Assembly (NCBI GenBank): GCA_040879145.1
Contig: JBBDKX010000035.1
Coordinates: 1,122 to 65,121 of the forward strand
Direction: 5' to 3'
DNA from: Candidatus Spechtbacterales bacterium
GTDB taxonomy: Bacteria; Patescibacteriota; Minisyncoccia; Spechtbacterales; 2-12-FULL-38-22
Length of the DNA stretch: 64,000 bases
Shown here: positions 19,084-27,662 of the stretch, one piece after another
How positions within the stretch are numbered: the first letter of the stretch is position 1
Layout of the letters: every line of letters begins with the position of its first letter
Program-made: the position numbers and the translations under genes
Notes under the pieces: generated by a model
The model's input: only the letters and a program-made list of their open reading frames with translations
Databases searched by the model: none
Told to the model about the DNA's origin: nothing

Positions 19084-20145
19084 TTATTTAAGCCTGGGTG
19101 GCTTTTGATTGTAATTCATATCCACTAAAACTTCCCGTAACTGATCTATATTTTCAAGCACAACACCTGTTCCTCTAACAACGGCTGTCAAAGGGTCTTC
19201 GGCGATACGTACAGGCATCTGAGTCTCTTTTTGTATAAGCTCATCGAAACCGCGAAGTAAACTTCCGCCTCCCGCAAGAACGATTCCGCGCTCCATTATG
19301 TCGGCTAAAAGTTCTGGTGGAGTTTGTTCAACTGTACCCTTAATGGCGGTTGCCAAAGCATTAACTGAAGGTGTTAATGCTTCGCGAATATGCTTATCCT
19401 GAATTATTATTTCTTTTGGTAAACCTGTAATAAGGTCTCTTCCGCGCATAGGCATTGAGATTGTTTCTTCCAAAGGAAGTACGGATCCGGCCGCTATTTT
19501 AAGATTTTCAGCTGTCCTTTCTCCAAGAAGTAGGTTAAATTCTTCACGAGCGTAATTTACGATATCCTCATTTAACCTGTCTCCCGCAATGCGTAATGAA
19601 CGCGCAACCACTATACCTCCGAGAGATATTACAGCTACCTCGGTAGTACCTCCTCCTATGTCTATTATCATATTTCCCGAAGGCTCCTGAACATCGAGGC
19701 GCGCGCCAATTGCGGCAGCCATAGGCTCTTCTATTAAATACACCTCACGGGCTCCCGCGGCTTTTGCTGCATCTTCAACAGCGCGTTTTTCTACTTCGGT
19801 AACTCCCGATGGAATCCCTACAACAACACGCGGACGTGGAAGAAAGCGAAGTGGCTCAGAGTGAACTTTATCTATAAAATATTTAAGCATCTGCTGTGTT
19901 ATCTCAAAATCTGAAACCACGCCGTCCACCAAAGGACGTGAAGCTACAATATGAGCAGGTGTTTTACCCACCATTCTCCTGGCCTCCTCGCCTATAGCAA
20001 GAACACGCCCGGTTTTTTGGTTTATAGCGACAACAGATGGTTCGTTTATAGCTATTCCTTTTTTCCGAACATAAACAAGTGTATTTGCGGTACCAAGGTC
20101 TATTCCTATGTCTAGAGAAAAGGCTCCTAAAATTTTATTTAACAT
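19084..20145 (-). CDS. mreB: rod shape-determining protein MreB
   Basis: DLGTANTLVYV, GGGTTEVAVISLGG actin-fold motifs. Confidence 0.9.
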   Translation of the reverse strand: MLNKILGAFSLDIGIDLGTANTLVYVRKKGIAINEPSVVAINQKTGRVLAIGEEARRMVGKTPAHIVASRPLVDGVVSDFEITQQMLKYFIDKVHSEPLRFLPRPRVVVGIPSGVTEVEKRAVEDAAKAAGAREVYLIEEPMAAAIGARLDVQEPSGNMIIDIGGGTTEVAVISLGGIVVARSLRIAGDRLNEDIVNYAREEFNLLLGERTAENLKIAAGSVLPLEETISMPMRGRDLITGLPKEIIIQDKHIREALTPSVNALATAIKGTVEQTPPELLADIMERGIVLAGGGSLLRGFDELIQKETQMPVRIAEDPLTAVVRGTGVVLENIDQLREVLVDMNYNQKPPRLK

Positions 20146-20216
20146 ACAATTGAATGGTTAAATGGCCAAATGGCTGGTAGAGATGGTAAAAACTTAACCA
20201 TTTAGCCATTTGGGAA
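20146..20216. repeat. AAATGGCTAAATGG-family palindromic element (copy 1)
   Basis: ggttaaatggccaaatggctgg ... ttaaccatttagccatttggg; overlaps proS stop; related copy at 26418..26498. Confidence 0.6.
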
Positions 20217-21438
20217 GATTATTGATTTTTATAATTTCCTCTTTATCTGAACTTCTTCTCTTTATCTCAAAACCCCCGGCTTTCAAACTGCGCTCGCTTA
20301 CAACTACACGCAACGGAATTCCTATAAGATCGGAGTCTGCAAACTTCTGTCCGGCTGAAATATCTTGCCTGTCATCATATAGCACTTCTGTGTTTTGAGC
20401 AAGCAGTTTTTCATATAATTTATCGGCATCTTTTTCACCTCCTGAAAGCGCGATAAGATGCACCTTGAAAGGCGCTATTTCATCGGGCCACACAATACCT
20501 TTACCATCGGAGAGTACCTCAACTATAGTTCCCATTAACCTGCCAAGCCCTATGCCATAACTCCCCATTACAACCGGGTGGTTTTCTCCTTTTTCATCCG
20601 AATACGTAAAGCCAATTGCGTCAGAAACTCGCGTCCCAATGGGGAATATATTTCCAATTTCAACAGATCGCTTTTCTTCCAGCTTATCCTTAACTAATCC
20701 CAGCTCCTCTATTGTTTCATCTGTAAACACCTCTTTGTTTATAGCAAGTTTTTTATCTTTATCAATAAAAATGGTGTCCTCTCCTGCCTCTGATAAAACC
20801 TGAAACTCATCCGACCAGGGGCCGAACACACTCCCGTCCGCGCGGGTTAAATATGTTTTTTCCTTCAAACCAACCCGATCCACGATATTAAAATAGGCTT
20901 TTTTGGCTTCTTCATAAAAATGCATGAGCTCATTTTCTGTTCGTGAAAATGAATACATGTCTTTCATAAAAAATTCTCTGCCTCTCATAATACCGCTCTT
21001 TGCTCTCAACTCGTTACGGAATTTTGTCTGAAACTGATACACAGAAAACGGCAAATCCTTATATGAAGAAGTATGGTTTTTTAACATCTCGGCAATCACT
21101 TCTTCGTGGCTAAAAGCAAGGCCGAGATCCGACCCGTTTTTTAGTTTTGTCTTAAACCAAACATCCACTTTTTCATCATCCCATTTGTCCGCTTTTTTCC
21201 AAATCTCAGAATCCTGTAGAGTGGTCATTTCTATTTCCTGTCCACCTATTGTATTCATTTCTTCACGAATAACCCTCTCTATTTTTTTTAACACGCGCAA
21301 ACCAAGAGGCAAATATGAATAAACGCCCGCCATTTCTTTATTTATAAATCCCCCACGAATTAAAAGTATCGCGTTTTTTGAAACCTCATCTTTTGGGGCT
21401 TCTTTCCTTGTTTTTGTAAATAGGTTTGACTGACGCAT
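20194..21438 (-). CDS. proS: prolyl-tRNA synthetase (short, no editing insertion)
   Basis: class II motifs, N-term MRQSNLFTKTRKEAP..., C-terminal anticodon-binding domain. Confidence 0.85.
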   Translation of the reverse strand: MRQSNLFTKTRKEAPKDEVSKNAILLIRGGFINKEMAGVYSYLPLGLRVLKKIERVIREEMNTIGGQEIEMTTLQDSEIWKKADKWDDEKVDVWFKTKLKNGSDLGLAFSHEEVIAEMLKNHTSSYKDLPFSVYQFQTKFRNELRAKSGIMRGREFFMKDMYSFSRTENELMHFYEEAKKAYFNIVDRVGLKEKTYLTRADGSVFGPWSDEFQVLSEAGEDTIFIDKDKKLAINKEVFTDETIEELGLVKDKLEEKRSVEIGNIFPIGTRVSDAIGFTYSDEKGENHPVVMGSYGIGLGRLMGTIVEVLSDGKGIVWPDEIAPFKVHLIALSGGEKDADKLYEKLLAQNTEVLYDDRQDISAGQKFADSDLIGIPLRVVVSERSLKAGGFEIKRRSSDKEEIIKINNLPKWLNG

Positions 21439-21440
21439 GG

Positions 21441-21478
21441 TTTTGTCCCGATACCACCCAAATCTTTGATTCGCTTGC
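21441..21478 (-). promoter_or_regulatory. conserved leader motif directly upstream of proS ATG (gcgaatcaaagatttgggtggtatcgggacaaaacc)
   Basis: near-identical motif precedes rpsK ATG at 34318..34356. Confidence 0.55.
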
Positions 21479-21557
21479 AGTATCGTGGATCCTCGACGCT
21501 ATAACAAAATCAAAGATTTTGATAGCGTCGGGATTCGCAAGCTCACAAAACAAGATT

Positions 21558-21650
21558 ACACTGATAACAACTGATACCACTGATGATTTTTACATGCATC
21601 AGCGTAATCAGCCATTATCTGTGATATCTAAGCGAGCGAAGCGAGCTTAA
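21558..21650. repeat. cactgatRa...gatgattttta repeat family copy 1
   Basis: similar to 31801..31895; ends in cgagcgaagcgagcttaa module. Confidence 0.55.
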
Positions 21651-22729
21651 AAAAATCTATTTATATCGTGTACTGTAATTAAAACTATTAGCAGTATCAG
21701 TAGCACAAAACCTGTAGCATGTGCCGCTGTCTCCACTTTACTGCTAACAGGGGAACCTTTTATCTTCTCTGCTACCAAAAAGGCGAATCTTCCGCCATCA
21801 AGCGCGGGGAAGGGAACTATGTTCAAAATACCGAGACTTAAAGATATTAGCGCTATAAATTGCAATACGTAGGTAAGCCCGAGGTCGCGAACGGTTCCTG
21901 TCATAATGGCTATGCCTACCGGACCCGAAATGTCTTCGGGTACGCTCCCATCAACTACAGCCTGTTTTACAGTACTGCCAAAAACACTTACCGAGGCGAC
22001 AGTGAGATTATATGTTGTCTTAGCTCCTTCAACTAATGCTGTGTGGGGTGGGTGTTGTATAACACCTATTCGTACCAAACTTATTCCTGTAGCTCCCTGA
22101 CCTTCCGGAATATCCTCGCGTGCCAAAATTGAAAACTCCAAAGTATCCTTACCTCGTTCTACTGTAAATAACAATGTTTCACCCGTGTGTCCAGATATAA
22201 AATCGGATACTTCGCCGGCAGATTGAGCTGATGTAACACTCTCCCCTGCTTGAATACTTAAAATTTTGTCTCCCGTTAAAATACCCGCGCTCTCAGCGGG
22301 AGAGTCCTTCACAACACTTATTATCTGAACCGCTACATCTTTGACATTGGAAGGGGTTTCTTCGTCTCCTATTATTGTGGGAGCGCCTATCATGTGGACT
22401 GCTGAAAAGAAGACGTACGCTACCAAAAAATTCATTACAACACCTGCAACTATGACCAGAGATTTTTTCCAAAAAGGTCTGCCCGCAAAACTGCGCGGAT
22501 CATTCCTGTCTTTGCCGTCCTCTCCGTGTATCTTTACGAAGCCCCCTATCGGAAATAAATTAAAGGTATATGTTGTCTCCCCTTTTTTTATTCCAAAAAG
22601 CTTTGGAGGAAATCCAAAACCAAACTCATCCACGCGCATTCCACTCTTTTTAGCCACGATAAAATGACCAAACTCATGAGTCAGGACTACAATTCCCAGT
22701 ATTAATATAAATAGTAATATTGTTAACAT
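21647..22729 (-). CDS. rseP: RIP metalloprotease RseP (site-2 protease, M50 with PDZ)
   Basis: HEFGHFIVAK HExxH in TM, PDZ domain, LDGG motif. Confidence 0.85.
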   Translation of the reverse strand: MLTILLFILILGIVVLTHEFGHFIVAKKSGMRVDEFGFGFPPKLFGIKKGETTYTFNLFPIGGFVKIHGEDGKDRNDPRSFAGRPFWKKSLVIVAGVVMNFLVAYVFFSAVHMIGAPTIIGDEETPSNVKDVAVQIISVVKDSPAESAGILTGDKILSIQAGESVTSAQSAGEVSDFISGHTGETLLFTVERGKDTLEFSILAREDIPEGQGATGISLVRIGVIQHPPHTALVEGAKTTYNLTVASVSVFGSTVKQAVVDGSVPEDISGPVGIAIMTGTVRDLGLTYVLQFIALISLSLGILNIVPFPALDGGRFAFLVAEKIKGSPVSSKVETAAHATGFVLLILLIVLITVHDINRFF

Positions 22730-22764
22730 TTTTAGGTTTTAGGTTTTAGGTTTTAGGTTTTAAG
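22730..22764. repeat. tandem aggtttt x5 immediately upstream of rseP start
   Basis: tttttaggttttaggttttaggttttaggtttt. Confidence 0.7.
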
Positions 22765-22793
22765 TGTAATACCTAACCCCTAATACCTAGAAC

Positions 22794-23342
22794 CTACTGC
22801 TCAAGTATCTCCCTCTCTCGCCCATCAATAGCTTCTTCTACTTTTTTGTTATACGCGTTTATCATATCCTGCAGAGCTTCTTTCTGTTTAAACTTCTCGT
22901 CTTCGGATATTTCTTTATTTTTTTCGGCGTCATCCAAGTCCTTAAGCGCTTCTTCTCTTATATTTCTCATACTTATGCGCGCGCTCTCGCCAAATTTATG
23001 AGCCTCTTTCGCAAGCTCTTTCCTTCTCTCTTCTGTAACAGGCGGCAAAGTAATACGAATAGAGTTACCTTCAACAACAGGATTAACATTCATGTCCGAC
23101 TGCCTTATCGCGTTTTGCACAGCGCCCACAAGAGCGGCGTCCCATGGCTGTATCAAAATCTGATTATTTTGCGGTATACTCACAGATGCCACCTGTTGCA
23201 GAGGCATTTTTGAATCATAAGCATCCACGGGAATATCTTCTACCATTCCCGCGTTAGCGCGCCCGACACGAAGACTTTTTAAATCTCCTGCCAGAACTTC
23301 CATCGTTTTTTCTAATTTTGGACTTATATCACTATTTTGCAT
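22794..23342 (-). CDS. frr: ribosome recycling factor
   Basis: Frr-family sequence, 182 aa. Confidence 0.85.
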   Translation of the reverse strand: MQNSDISPKLEKTMEVLAGDLKSLRVGRANAGMVEDIPVDAYDSKMPLQQVASVSIPQNNQILIQPWDAALVGAVQNAIRQSDMNVNPVVEGNSIRITLPPVTEERRKELAKEAHKFGESARISMRNIREEALKDLDDAEKNKEISEDEKFKQKEALQDMINAYNKKVEEAIDGREREILEQ

Positions 23343-24192
23343 ATTTTTTTATTGAAAGACCCTCTAACGCGTAGCGCACATTAACGTTGGTAGTCATTAA
23401 GTTTTGATAAATATTCAAAAGGTCGCTTAATAATTTTTCATTCGCGGGCATGTTGCTTCGGGCAATCTCCATCCAAACACGAAGCGCTTCGGCAACATCT
23501 CTCCTGTCCTCCATTTTGGCATATTTTTCACTTATTTTAAAGCTCTCAGAAAGAGAATTTTTAAAAAAAAGGTCCCAATCCGTCCTGTATCCTTTTATTT
23601 TTTTACGATAATCTTTATCATCCAACATTCTTTTGGCAAAACCGGGGCGTCCACTCCAATGAAGTTTTAATTCTTTTATAGGTTCGGTATTGAGTTCTTT
23701 TTCTATCACTTCATCGGCAACCATTAAAAACTTCATCTCCGTACAACGGGAACGTATAGTCTCCAAAATAATCTCAGGGTAAGAACTGCACAATATAAAT
23801 ATAGTATCGCCTCGCGGTTCTTCTATCATCTTTAACAAGGAATTGGCTGCATCCGTGTGCATATTGTGAGCAGCCGGTATTATAACTATTTTATACTTTC
23901 CTGAAAAGGGTGAAGTATAAAGCCGTTTTTTTAAATCCTGCGCGTCTTCAATGGGCAAAGGGCTCGGGGTTTCTATAATATCGGGCCCTCCTTCGCGCAA
24001 GGCTACGGAAGGGTCAAGTACCCCGCCATCTTCAAACTGAAGCCATGCGGCGATTTGGCGGGCAAATTCAAGCTTACCCACGCCTTCAGGTCCTGTAAAT
24101 AAAAAGGCGTGCGCTAAATTATCATTAGCGCTCATATCTTTAAACATTTTAAATTGTTTGGGGTGAAAATTTAACATTAAAAAATGTATCAT
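23332..24192 (-). CDS. holB: DNA polymerase III delta' subunit
   Basis: AHAFLFTGPEGVGK Walker A, SRC motif; true start possibly at internal Met (24147 or 24135). Confidence 0.75.
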   Translation of the reverse strand: MIHFLMLNFHPKQFKMFKDMSANDNLAHAFLFTGPEGVGKLEFARQIAAWLQFEDGGVLDPSVALREGGPDIIETPSPLPIEDAQDLKKRLYTSPFSGKYKIVIIPAAHNMHTDAANSLLKMIEEPRGDTIFILCSSYPEIILETIRSRCTEMKFLMVADEVIEKELNTEPIKELKLHWSGRPGFAKRMLDDKDYRKKIKGYRTDWDLFFKNSLSESFKISEKYAKMEDRRDVAEALRVWMEIARSNMPANEKLLSDLLNIYQNLMTTNVNVRYALEGLSIKKYAK

Positions 24193-24296
24193 TTAATACA
24201 TAATATACTTTATACAGCAATTTTTAAATGTTCCACTGCACCTACCTGTATGCCAATTGAAACATGAACCGGCAGGCAGGGTGAAACATTTAAAAA

Positions 24297-24325
24297 TTGA
24301 CATTTTGTATATTTTGTGCTATTTT
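24297..24325 (+). promoter_or_regulatory. sigma70-like promoter TTGACA-N17-TATTTT
   Basis: ttgacattttgtatattttgtgctatttt, 35 nt upstream of SD ggaggaaag. Confidence 0.5.
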
Positions 24326-24359
24326 TATAGTAGTTCATACCACTATAGAAGGAGGAAAG

Positions 24360-24629
24360 ATGGAAGAGAAAATATCCAGAATATTTTTACCGACTATTCT
24401 TTTGGTTGCTTCTTCAAGCCTTTTACTATTTCTTATTGCAAGGATGGCATTTGTTGGTTTGACAGATGAAATACTTGTAAATTTCTTAGCAATATTTATG
24501 CTATTTGCTATAGGAGCCAGTATATCCCTATATACACTCATACAAAATATCGTACTCGCGATAACGGAACGGCACTGCACACATCAAGCACATAACTTGG
24601 AAATGGATACTCAGAAGGAGGAACGATGA
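24360..24629 (+). CDS. small membrane protein (89 aa, 2 predicted TM)
   Basis: strong SD ggaggaaagATG; hydrophobic segments. Confidence 0.55.
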   Translation: MEEKISRIFLPTILLVASSSLLLFLIARMAFVGLTDEILVNFLAIFMLFAIGASISLYTLIQNIVLAITERHCTHQAHNLEMDTQKEER

Positions 24630-24994
24630 AACCAAGATTTGCGGAAATCGCACGCAACATTGAAATTTCATTTCGCAAAGTAGTAGAATCTATATCTATG
24701 CTTGTAGGAAGTATTTTCATAGTCGTACTGGCAAGCATGATTGCAAGTTATCCGTCTCAAGTCGTGATGGTTCTTATCTCTATAACCCTTCTGGGCGCGG
24801 GCTCAAGAAAGCTCTACTCTTCAGGAAAAGATCTCCTAGTATACATTGTACTGGATGATCACGCTACAGACATGCGAATTTTCAATGAAGTGGGAGAGGT
24901 TGATAAAGAGTTGGATGAGATTAGAAAACCCAACCTATCCACAATTCGTGGCGCAAGCACAGACGGCGGAGATATACCACTGCCGACAAAATAA
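24626..24994 (+). CDS. small membrane protein (122 aa, 2 TM, acidic C-tail); translationally coupled
   Basis: ATGA overlap with upstream stop, SD aaggagg; terminator follows. Confidence 0.55.
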   Translation: MKPRFAEIARNIEISFRKVVESISMLVGSIFIVVLASMIASYPSQVVMVLISITLLGAGSRKLYSSGKDLLVYIVLDDHATDMRIFNEVGEVDKELDEIRKPNLSTIRGASTDGGDIPLPTK

Positions 24995-25002
24995 GCACCT
25001 TA

Positions 25003-25031
25003 AAACGACCCTCCGGGGTCGTTTTTTTTAT
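25003..25031 (+). terminator. rho-independent terminator
   Basis: aaaacgaccctccggggtcgtttttttt. Confidence 0.8.
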
Positions 25032-25158
25032 TAAAAACCCGGTTGAGGTTTCAAGTAATACTTTATGAAGTCATAAGCGGGAAAATATGCGTTTCGCAGT
25101 ATAATGTAAAAAACTCAATAGTCTCGGCTTTTCAGCTTTCCGCTTATTTCTAGGAAGT

Positions 25159-25212
25159 GGCGAGGAGCGGAATAAGACGTAGATGACAACTACGTTGTTG
25201 AGCACCGCAGCC
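25159..25212. repeat. ggaataagacgtagatRAYAACTACGTYGTT-core repeat copy 1 (flank modules swapped relative to copy 2)
   Basis: cf. 44049..44104. Confidence 0.55.
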
Positions 25213-25245
25213 GCTGACAAAGAAATAAGCGAAAAGATAAAGCCA

Positions 25246-26415
25246 CTATGCCACCTCCCACTCGTGCGCCAATATACGCTTTAGCACCCTCTTAAATTCA
25301 TTTTGAAACCTCTCGGTATTATATCTATTTCCTATATTTCTCATCATTACGGGATTATATCCCTCATAGTTGTTCACAAGACGCCTTACACCATCAGCCA
25401 AAACTGCCGGATGCAAGTCATCAAAAAACTCCCCGCTTACACCTTCCACAACACTCTCAAGTACCCCTCCCGCGCGGTAAGCTAAAACGGGCTTGCCAAA
25501 AATCATAGCTTCTACAGCGGATATGCCAAAATCTTCACGACCCGGATATATATAAGCAAAACAGTTCTCATATGCGTACTGCACAATATCATCAGGCTGA
25601 CGTCCAAGAAAAATAACATTATTGGAAGCCAGTTTTTCAAGCTCTTTTTTCTCCGGACCATCACCAATAACCACTAAAGGATACTTCATTCTACTGAATG
25701 CCTCTACGGCAATATCTATGTTTTTATAATCCTGAAGCTGTGAGACTATCAAAAAATACTTTTCAGGCAACTCTGCAAGAATACTTTTTTTGTGCATAGC
25801 ATCAGAACGCTGTCCGTTTTCCAGGAGTTCTAAACTCGCGCACGGATAAACAACAAAAGAATCTTTATTGTAATATTTTTTAATACGCTGCTTTGTGTTT
25901 TTGGAATTTGCTATAAAATAATCCACACGCGCCGCCGCATTAAAATCCCAAAGCCTGAAAAAGTGCAGAGTCATTTTTTCCAGTATGTGTTTTATAATGC
26001 CGTCCCTTTTTCGCCTCTTCTCTTCTTTAAATTCCCAAAGATGTTTCGTGGGTGTGTGGCAGTAACTTATATGTATGGTATCAGGGCTTGTAATTACCCC
26101 CTTTGCAAAAAAGGCGGAGGATGAAATTACAATGTCATATTTTTGAAGATCAAAATTCTCCATAGCAGGTATGGCTAATGGCGCCAAATAACGAAACCTG
26201 GAATGTAATTTTTTAGGAAACTTTTGCAAAAAAGATGTGCGAATATCGGCTGCCGGAAAATAAATATCAGCAAGTTCCGGGTCGCTAAAAAGAGTATATA
26301 TAGGCGCTTTTGGAAAAATACTATGCAACACACGTAAAACACGTTCGGCTCCGCCAAACTGTGTCATATAATCGTGCACTAATGCGACTTTTAACTTGTT
26401 GTTAGTTTGGTTCAC
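25246..26415 (-). CDS. glycosyltransferase family 4 (GT-B, group 1)
   Basis: C-terminal EGFGxxxxEAMxxGxPVV-type motif (ISAVEAMIFGKPVLAY, GGVLESVVEG). Confidence 0.8.
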   Translation of the reverse strand: MNQTNNKLKVALVHDYMTQFGGAERVLRVLHSIFPKAPIYTLFSDPELADIYFPAADIRTSFLQKFPKKLHSRFRYLAPLAIPAMENFDLQKYDIVISSSAFFAKGVITSPDTIHISYCHTPTKHLWEFKEEKRRKRDGIIKHILEKMTLHFFRLWDFNAAARVDYFIANSKNTKQRIKKYYNKDSFVVYPCASLELLENGQRSDAMHKKSILAELPEKYFLIVSQLQDYKNIDIAVEAFSRMKYPLVVIGDGPEKKELEKLASNNVIFLGRQPDDIVQYAYENCFAYIYPGREDFGISAVEAMIFGKPVLAYRAGGVLESVVEGVSGEFFDDLHPAVLADGVRRLVNNYEGYNPVMMRNIGNRYNTERFQNEFKRVLKRILAHEWEVA

Positions 26416-26417
26416 AA

Positions 26418-26498
26418 AAAATAAATGGCTAAATGGTTAATTGTTAAATGGTTAATTATTTTTTACCAGCCATTTAGCCGTATAGCCATTTAACTATT
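26418..26498. repeat. AAATGGCTAAATGG-family palindromic element (copy 2)
   Basis: aaatggctaaatggttaattgttaaatggttaatt ... ccagccatttagccgtatagccatttaac. Confidence 0.6.
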
Positions 26499-26512
26499 AC
26501 GAGTACGGCTAT

Positions 26513-27541
26513 TTATTTCTTACTCATTACACTTCGCTTATAGACCTCCAAATTCTCAAGCGCTATTCCTGTGCCTTTTACTACGCACAAGAGAGGCTCG
26601 TCTGCAACATAAGCGGGTACGCCCGTTGCTTCCGATAACAACTCATCAAGATTTTTTAAAAGCGACCCGCCACCGGTCATAACCATTCCCTTATCCATAA
26701 TGTCTGCAGAAAGCTCAGGAGGAGTTTCGCGCAAAACAGATTTTACTGTGAGAACTATCTCTTTTAAGCGCTCGGATATGGCATTGGTTATTTCATTAGT
26801 CTTTACCTCAATATTTTTAGGCAGGCCTGATGTCATGTCGCGACCGCGCAACTGAAAGACTTCCTCGTCTTTAAGCGGAAGAGCGCTACCTATTGTTATT
26901 TTTATCTCCTCTGCGGTTCTTTCTCCAATGGCTAGATTGTACTGGCTCTTAATATAGCCCACAATGGCGCTGTCTATTTTGTCACCCCCAACGCGCGTTG
27001 AAGCGTTAGACACAATACCCCCCAGTGAAATAACAGCCACCTCGGTGGTGCCACCCCCTATATCCACAACCATGTTTCCGCTTGGTGAATTAATAGGTAT
27101 ACCCGCACCTATCGCTGCAAGTACAGGCTCTTTTACCACATAGGCGGCCTTGGCACCCGCATTCATAGCAGATTGCACTACAGCCCTTCTTTCTGTTGAG
27201 GTAATGCCTGCAGGAATAGATATCATTATTTCAGGTTTTTTAAGCCGCACCCTCCCTGACGCTTTATTTACGAAGTATCGAATCATAGATTCGGTTACTC
27301 TGTAATCGGCAATGACACCATCTTTCAATGGTCTGTGAGCAACTATGCTGTCAGGTGTCATGCCTATCATTTCTTTTGCCTCTTTACCAACAGCCAATAT
27401 GGTGTTGTCCCAAACAGATACCGCAACTACAGAGGGTTCATTCACGATTATTCCTCTTTTTGGCACATACACAAGAGAGTTTGCGGTGCCCAAATCTATT
27501 CCTATTTTTGATGGTGATAACATATGGTCGCTATGCTCCAA
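26513..27541 (-). CDS. MreB-like actin homolog (second paralog)
   Basis: IDLGTANSLVYV, GGGTTEVAVISLGG. Confidence 0.85.
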   Translation of the reverse strand: MEHSDHMLSPSKIGIDLGTANSLVYVPKRGIIVNEPSVVAVSVWDNTILAVGKEAKEMIGMTPDSIVAHRPLKDGVIADYRVTESMIRYFVNKASGRVRLKKPEIMISIPAGITSTERRAVVQSAMNAGAKAAYVVKEPVLAAIGAGIPINSPSGNMVVDIGGGTTEVAVISLGGIVSNASTRVGGDKIDSAIVGYIKSQYNLAIGERTAEEIKITIGSALPLKDEEVFQLRGRDMTSGLPKNIEVKTNEITNAISERLKEIVLTVKSVLRETPPELSADIMDKGMVMTGGGSLLKNLDELLSEATGVPAYVADEPLLCVVKGTGIALENLEVYKRSVMSKK

Positions 27542-27662
27542 TTTTTAATTTAAAATTTTAATTGAATGCCTTAATTTATAATGTTTTAACCTGCCTGCCC
27601 GCTCCGCCGAGGAAGCGAGGCGAGCCGGCAGGCAGGTAGGAATTAAATAATTTGAAATTGTT

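Noticed and set aside
22730-22764. CRISPR array among the many tandem/dispersed repeats
   Set aside because: Repeat units are 7-9 bp tandems or 30-130-bp dispersed palindromes without regular spacer alternation; no cas genes in the window.
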